DNA of 61,775 nucleotides, counting the filler. It is 3 parts of 3 records of this genome, joined end to end, with 100 filler letters (N's around TTAATTAATTAA, not from the genome) between each part and the next. Parts side by side here need not be neighbours in the genome. Positions count along the whole stretch, not along the records: positions 48,865 to 61,775 come from SRR20825006_1865; 2 more parts are not named here. One strand, written 5' to 3'. Made by a program: the position numbers and the translations under genes. Positions within the stretch are counted from its first letter, which is position 1; each line of letters opens with the position of its first letter. Positions 59,044 to 61,775 of the stretch are shown here, piece after piece. Under the pieces are notes generated by a model. It did not search any database. It worked only from the letters and a program-made list of their open reading frames with translations, and was not told where the DNA came from.

Positions 59044-60371
59044 CCGATGTTGCGCAGGTTCCGTTGTCGCCGGAACAGACAAAACGCGATGCCTCGGTCG
59101 CAAAGCGTAAGAAGCGCCTGAAGCAGCGCCGGTCAGCGGAACGGCGTTTCAAAGCCTACGGCCTTGCCGCTATCGGCCTTGGGTTGCTTTTCCTTGCCGC
59201 GTTGTTTTTTTCCATTTTCTACAATGGCTATACTGCTTTTCAGCAAACCACGATCACGCTTCCGGTGGCATTCAACGAGGCGGTGATTGATCCGCAAGGC
59301 GATATCGCCGACGATCCGGATGTTCTGCTGAGAGCCAATTATAATGGTATCCTGGCCGATGCTGTCGCGAATGCACTTGGCATCGACCCTTCCGATCAGA
59401 CGACCGTGCGTCATGCGATGCGGATGATCTCGCTGAATGCAGGCATTAAGCTGCGCGATGTGGTGCAGAATGACCCGTCGGTACTCGGGAAAGCAATTCC
59501 CGTCACATTTATCGCCTCGGCGCAGGTAGATGCGGCCTATAAGGCCGATGTCGGAGGTGAACGCTCCACAACCGGGCATGGTCTCAACGATGCGCAGGAA
59601 AAGTGGCTGTTGGAACTCGAAGATGCTGGTGCTGTCGGCACGTCTTTCAATATCGGATTTCTGGTGAATGGCGCCTCAAGCCGTCCCGAGACGGCGGGCA
59701 TTGGCGTGGCGCTTGTCGGCTCAATATACATGCTGCTGACTGTTTTGGTCCTGGCATTGCCAATTGGTGTTGCCTCGGCCATTTATCTGGAGGAGTTCGC
59801 GCCGCGGAACCGGTTCACGGACCTGATTGAGGTCAATATCAATAATCTGGCGGCTGTCCCGTCAATTGTCTTCGGGCTTTTGGGGCTGGCATTTTTCATT
59901 GGTTATGCCGGTGTGCCGCGCTCCTCGGTTCTGGTGGGGGGGCTGGTGCTCACACTTTTGACCCTGCCGACAATCATCATTGCTACGCGCTCGGCGCTGA
60001 GCGCCGTGCCCTCATCCATCCGCGACGGTGCGCTTTCGGTCGGTGCATCGCCAATGCAGGCCTTTTTTCACCATGTGCTGCCGCTTGCCGGGCCGGGTAT
60101 CGTTTCCGGGGCCATTCTCGGTATGGCCCGTGCACTGGGCGAAACCGCACCGCTGCTTCTGATTGGCATGGTGGCTTTTGTGGCTGACTATCCGGCAAGT
60201 CCGTTTGATGCGGCGACAGCGTTGCCGGTGCAGATCTATATGTGGGCGGGTGAAGTTCAGCAGGGCTTTATCGCACGAACATCGGCGGCAATCATGGTGT
60301 TGCTTGTCTTCCTGCTGACCATGAATGTGATTGCAGTCATTCTCAGACGGCGTTTCGAGAAGAAATGGTAA
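59040..60371 (+). CDS. pstA: Phosphate ABC permease PstA
   Basis: [31 protein letters not shown]. Confidence 0.93.
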   Translation: MTDVAQVPLSPEQTKRDASVAKRKKRLKQRRSAERRFKAYGLAAIGLGLLFLAALFFSIFYNGYTAFQQTTITLPVAFNEAVIDPQGDIADDPDVLLRANYNGILADAVANALGIDPSDQTTVRHAMRMISLNAGIKLRDVVQNDPSVLGKAIPVTFIASAQVDAAYKADVGGERSTTGHGLNDAQEKWLLELEDAGAVGTSFNIGFLVNGASSRPETAGIGVALVGSIYMLLTVLVLALPIGVASAIYLEEFAPRNRFTDLIEVNINNLAAVPSIVFGLLGLAFFIGYAGVPRSSVLVGGLVLTLLTLPTIIIATRSALSAVPSSIRDGALSVGASPMQAFFHHVLPLAGPGIVSGAILGMARALGETAPLLLIGMVAFVADYPASPFDAATALPVQIYMWAGEVQQGFIARTSAAIMVLLVFLLTMNVIAVILRRRFEKKW

Positions 60372-60388
60372 GGGGCGAGCGCGTGAAC

Positions 60389-61198
60389 ATGATGAGTGAC
60401 CCTGACACGAAAAAGGTGCTGGACGATAAAATGAACGAGACAATCTATAAAATAGTCGGCACGGATGTCTCTGTCTATTATGGCCAGAAACGCGTTCTGT
60501 TTGATGTCAGCATCAGGATTCGTGAAAAAGCGGTCACGGCTCTGATCGGTCCTTCCGGTTGCGGAAAGTCGACCTTTCTGCGCGCCCTTAACCGGATGAA
60601 CGATACGCAGGACAAGTGCCGCGTGACCGGTCGCCTGACGCTGGATGGCGACGACATTTACGGTTCGGATGTTGATGTTGTGGAGCTGCGGTCGCGCATT
60701 GGCATGGTGTTTCAGACGCCAAACCCGTTTCCGAAAACGATTTATGAGAATGTCGCCTATGGGCCCCGTATTCATGGCCTTGCCCGGCATCGTGCCGAAT
60801 TTGACGAACTGGTTGAAACCAGTCTGCAGAAAGCGGGTCTCTTCAATGAAGTGAAGGACCGGCTGCAGGACCCGGGTACGAGTCTGTCCGACGGCCAGCA
60901 GCAGCGTCTGTGCATTGCCCGCGCGATCGCCGTGAACCCGGAGGTTATCCTGATGGATGAGCCATGCTCCGCGCTGGATCCGATTGCCACGGCTCGCGTG
61001 GAAGAGCTGATCAGCGAGCTGAAAGAGAACTACACGATTGTGATCGTAACGCACTCGATGCAGCAGGCCGCCCGTGTTTCCGAACGCACGGCCATGTTTC
61101 ATCTGGGCCGAATGGTCGAAGAAAATGACACGGATACGATTTTCACCAATCCGTCCGATCAGCGCACCCAGGATTACATCATGGGCCGTCTTGGCTGA
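60389..61198 (+). CDS. pstB: Phosphate ABC ATPase PstB
   Basis: [42 protein letters not shown]. Confidence 0.95.
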   Translation: MMSDPDTKKVLDDKMNETIYKIVGTDVSVYYGQKRVLFDVSIRIREKAVTALIGPSGCGKSTFLRALNRMNDTQDKCRVTGRLTLDGDDIYGSDVDVVELRSRIGMVFQTPNPFPKTIYENVAYGPRIHGLARHRAEFDELVETSLQKAGLFNEVKDRLQDPGTSLSDGQQQRLCIARAIAVNPEVILMDEPCSALDPIATARVEELISELKENYTIVIVTHSMQQAARVSERTAMFHLGRMVEENDTDTIFTNPSDQRTQDYIMGRLG

Positions 61199-61228
61199 TC
61201 GGGACGGAAGGACGAAGGATAGAACACT

Positions 61229-61775
61229 ATGGCGCCCTCACATATTCTGACGGCTTACGATGAAGAGCTGAAATATCTCCAGCGCCGCATTTCCGAAATG
61301 GGCGGACTGGCCGAGGAAATGGTCAGCGATTCGCTGCGCGCGCTGGTCAATACCGATATGGGGCTGGCGCAGAAGGTGATCTCCGATGATCTCATCCTGG
61401 ATGAAGCCGAACGTGAAATCGGTGACAAGGCCGTGGTCACCATTGCCCGGCGTCAGCCGGTGGCGGCAGACCTGCGCGAAATCATGGGTGCGATTCGTAT
61501 CGCTTCTGATCTGGAACGGGTCGGGGATCTGGCCAAAAATACAGCCAAACGGGTGATATCGGTGCAGGGAACCGGGGTGCCGCGCAAGCTGGCACACGGG
61601 ATCGAGCACCTTTCGGAACTGGCCCTGATGCAGCTGAAGGAAGTGCTCGATGTCTACACTTCCCGGCAGGCGGACAAGGCCAATTCGATCCGCGAGCGCG
61701 ACGACGAGATTGACTCGATCTACACGTCACTGTTCCGCGAACTTCTGACCTACATGATGGAAGATCCGCGCAATA
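61229..61775 (+). CDS. phoU: PhoU, 3' truncated by window edge
   Basis: Manual translation: MAPSHILTAYDEEL...IARRQPVAADLR...DLERVGDLAKN...LLTYMMEDPR. Confidence 0.93.
   Translation, partial: MAPSHILTAYDEELKYLQRRISEMGGLAEEMVSDSLRALVNTDMGLAQKVISDDLILDEAEREIGDKAVVTIARRQPVAADLREIMGAIRIASDLERVGDLAKNTAKRVISVQGTGVPRKLAHGIEHLSELALMQLKEVLDVYTSRQADKANSIRERDDEIDSIYTSLFRELLTYMMEDPRN

Noticed and set aside
1..61775. CRISPR arrays, tRNA/rRNA genes, transposases, integrases, phage or defence genes
   Set aside because: No repeat-spacer array, RNA gene signature or such protein motif was seen by eye; this was not a computational scan.
61229..61775. phoU at the window end continuing into phoB at the window start (circularity)
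   Set aside because: They are on different contigs with apparently different taxonomy and no sequence overlap.

Overview
The window holds three unrelated contigs joined by two artificial 100-bp linkers (44 N + TTAATTAATTAA + 44 N, at 30854-30953 and 48765-48864). Contig 1 (1-30853) looks Rhodobacteraceae-like and appears to be the chromosomal replication terminus: a 28-bp dif-like site at 16532-16559 sits where KOPS octamers (GGGNAGGG) switch strand. It carries the end of phoB, polyamine/GABA/arginine catabolic genes, a LuxR solo, tsf-rpsB, pseudouridine catabolism and patatin-bdhA. Abutting dif is a 10-gene ketohexose/polyol cluster (GatZ-like epimerase, PfkB kinase, ABC transporter, SorC regulator with three palindromic operators, LacD/YihT aldolase, ROK kinase, P-loop kinase, DCXR-like SDR), with three decayed gene remnants on its other side. 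Contig 2 (30954-48764) looks Rhizobiales-like: hisS fragment, LysR/YeiH, tag, lpxQ, glcDEF, rsmE, gshA, DUF1127/LysR, katA/oxyR. Contig 3 (48865-61775) is also Rhizobiales-like: oxidative L-fucose-type pathway, DeoR regulator, phoR-pstSCAB-phoU. I saw no CRISPR array, rRNA, tRNA, transposase, phage or defence system. The best candidate for undescribed biology is the dif-adjacent sugar cluster. All family calls rest on motif recognition; no database search was run.
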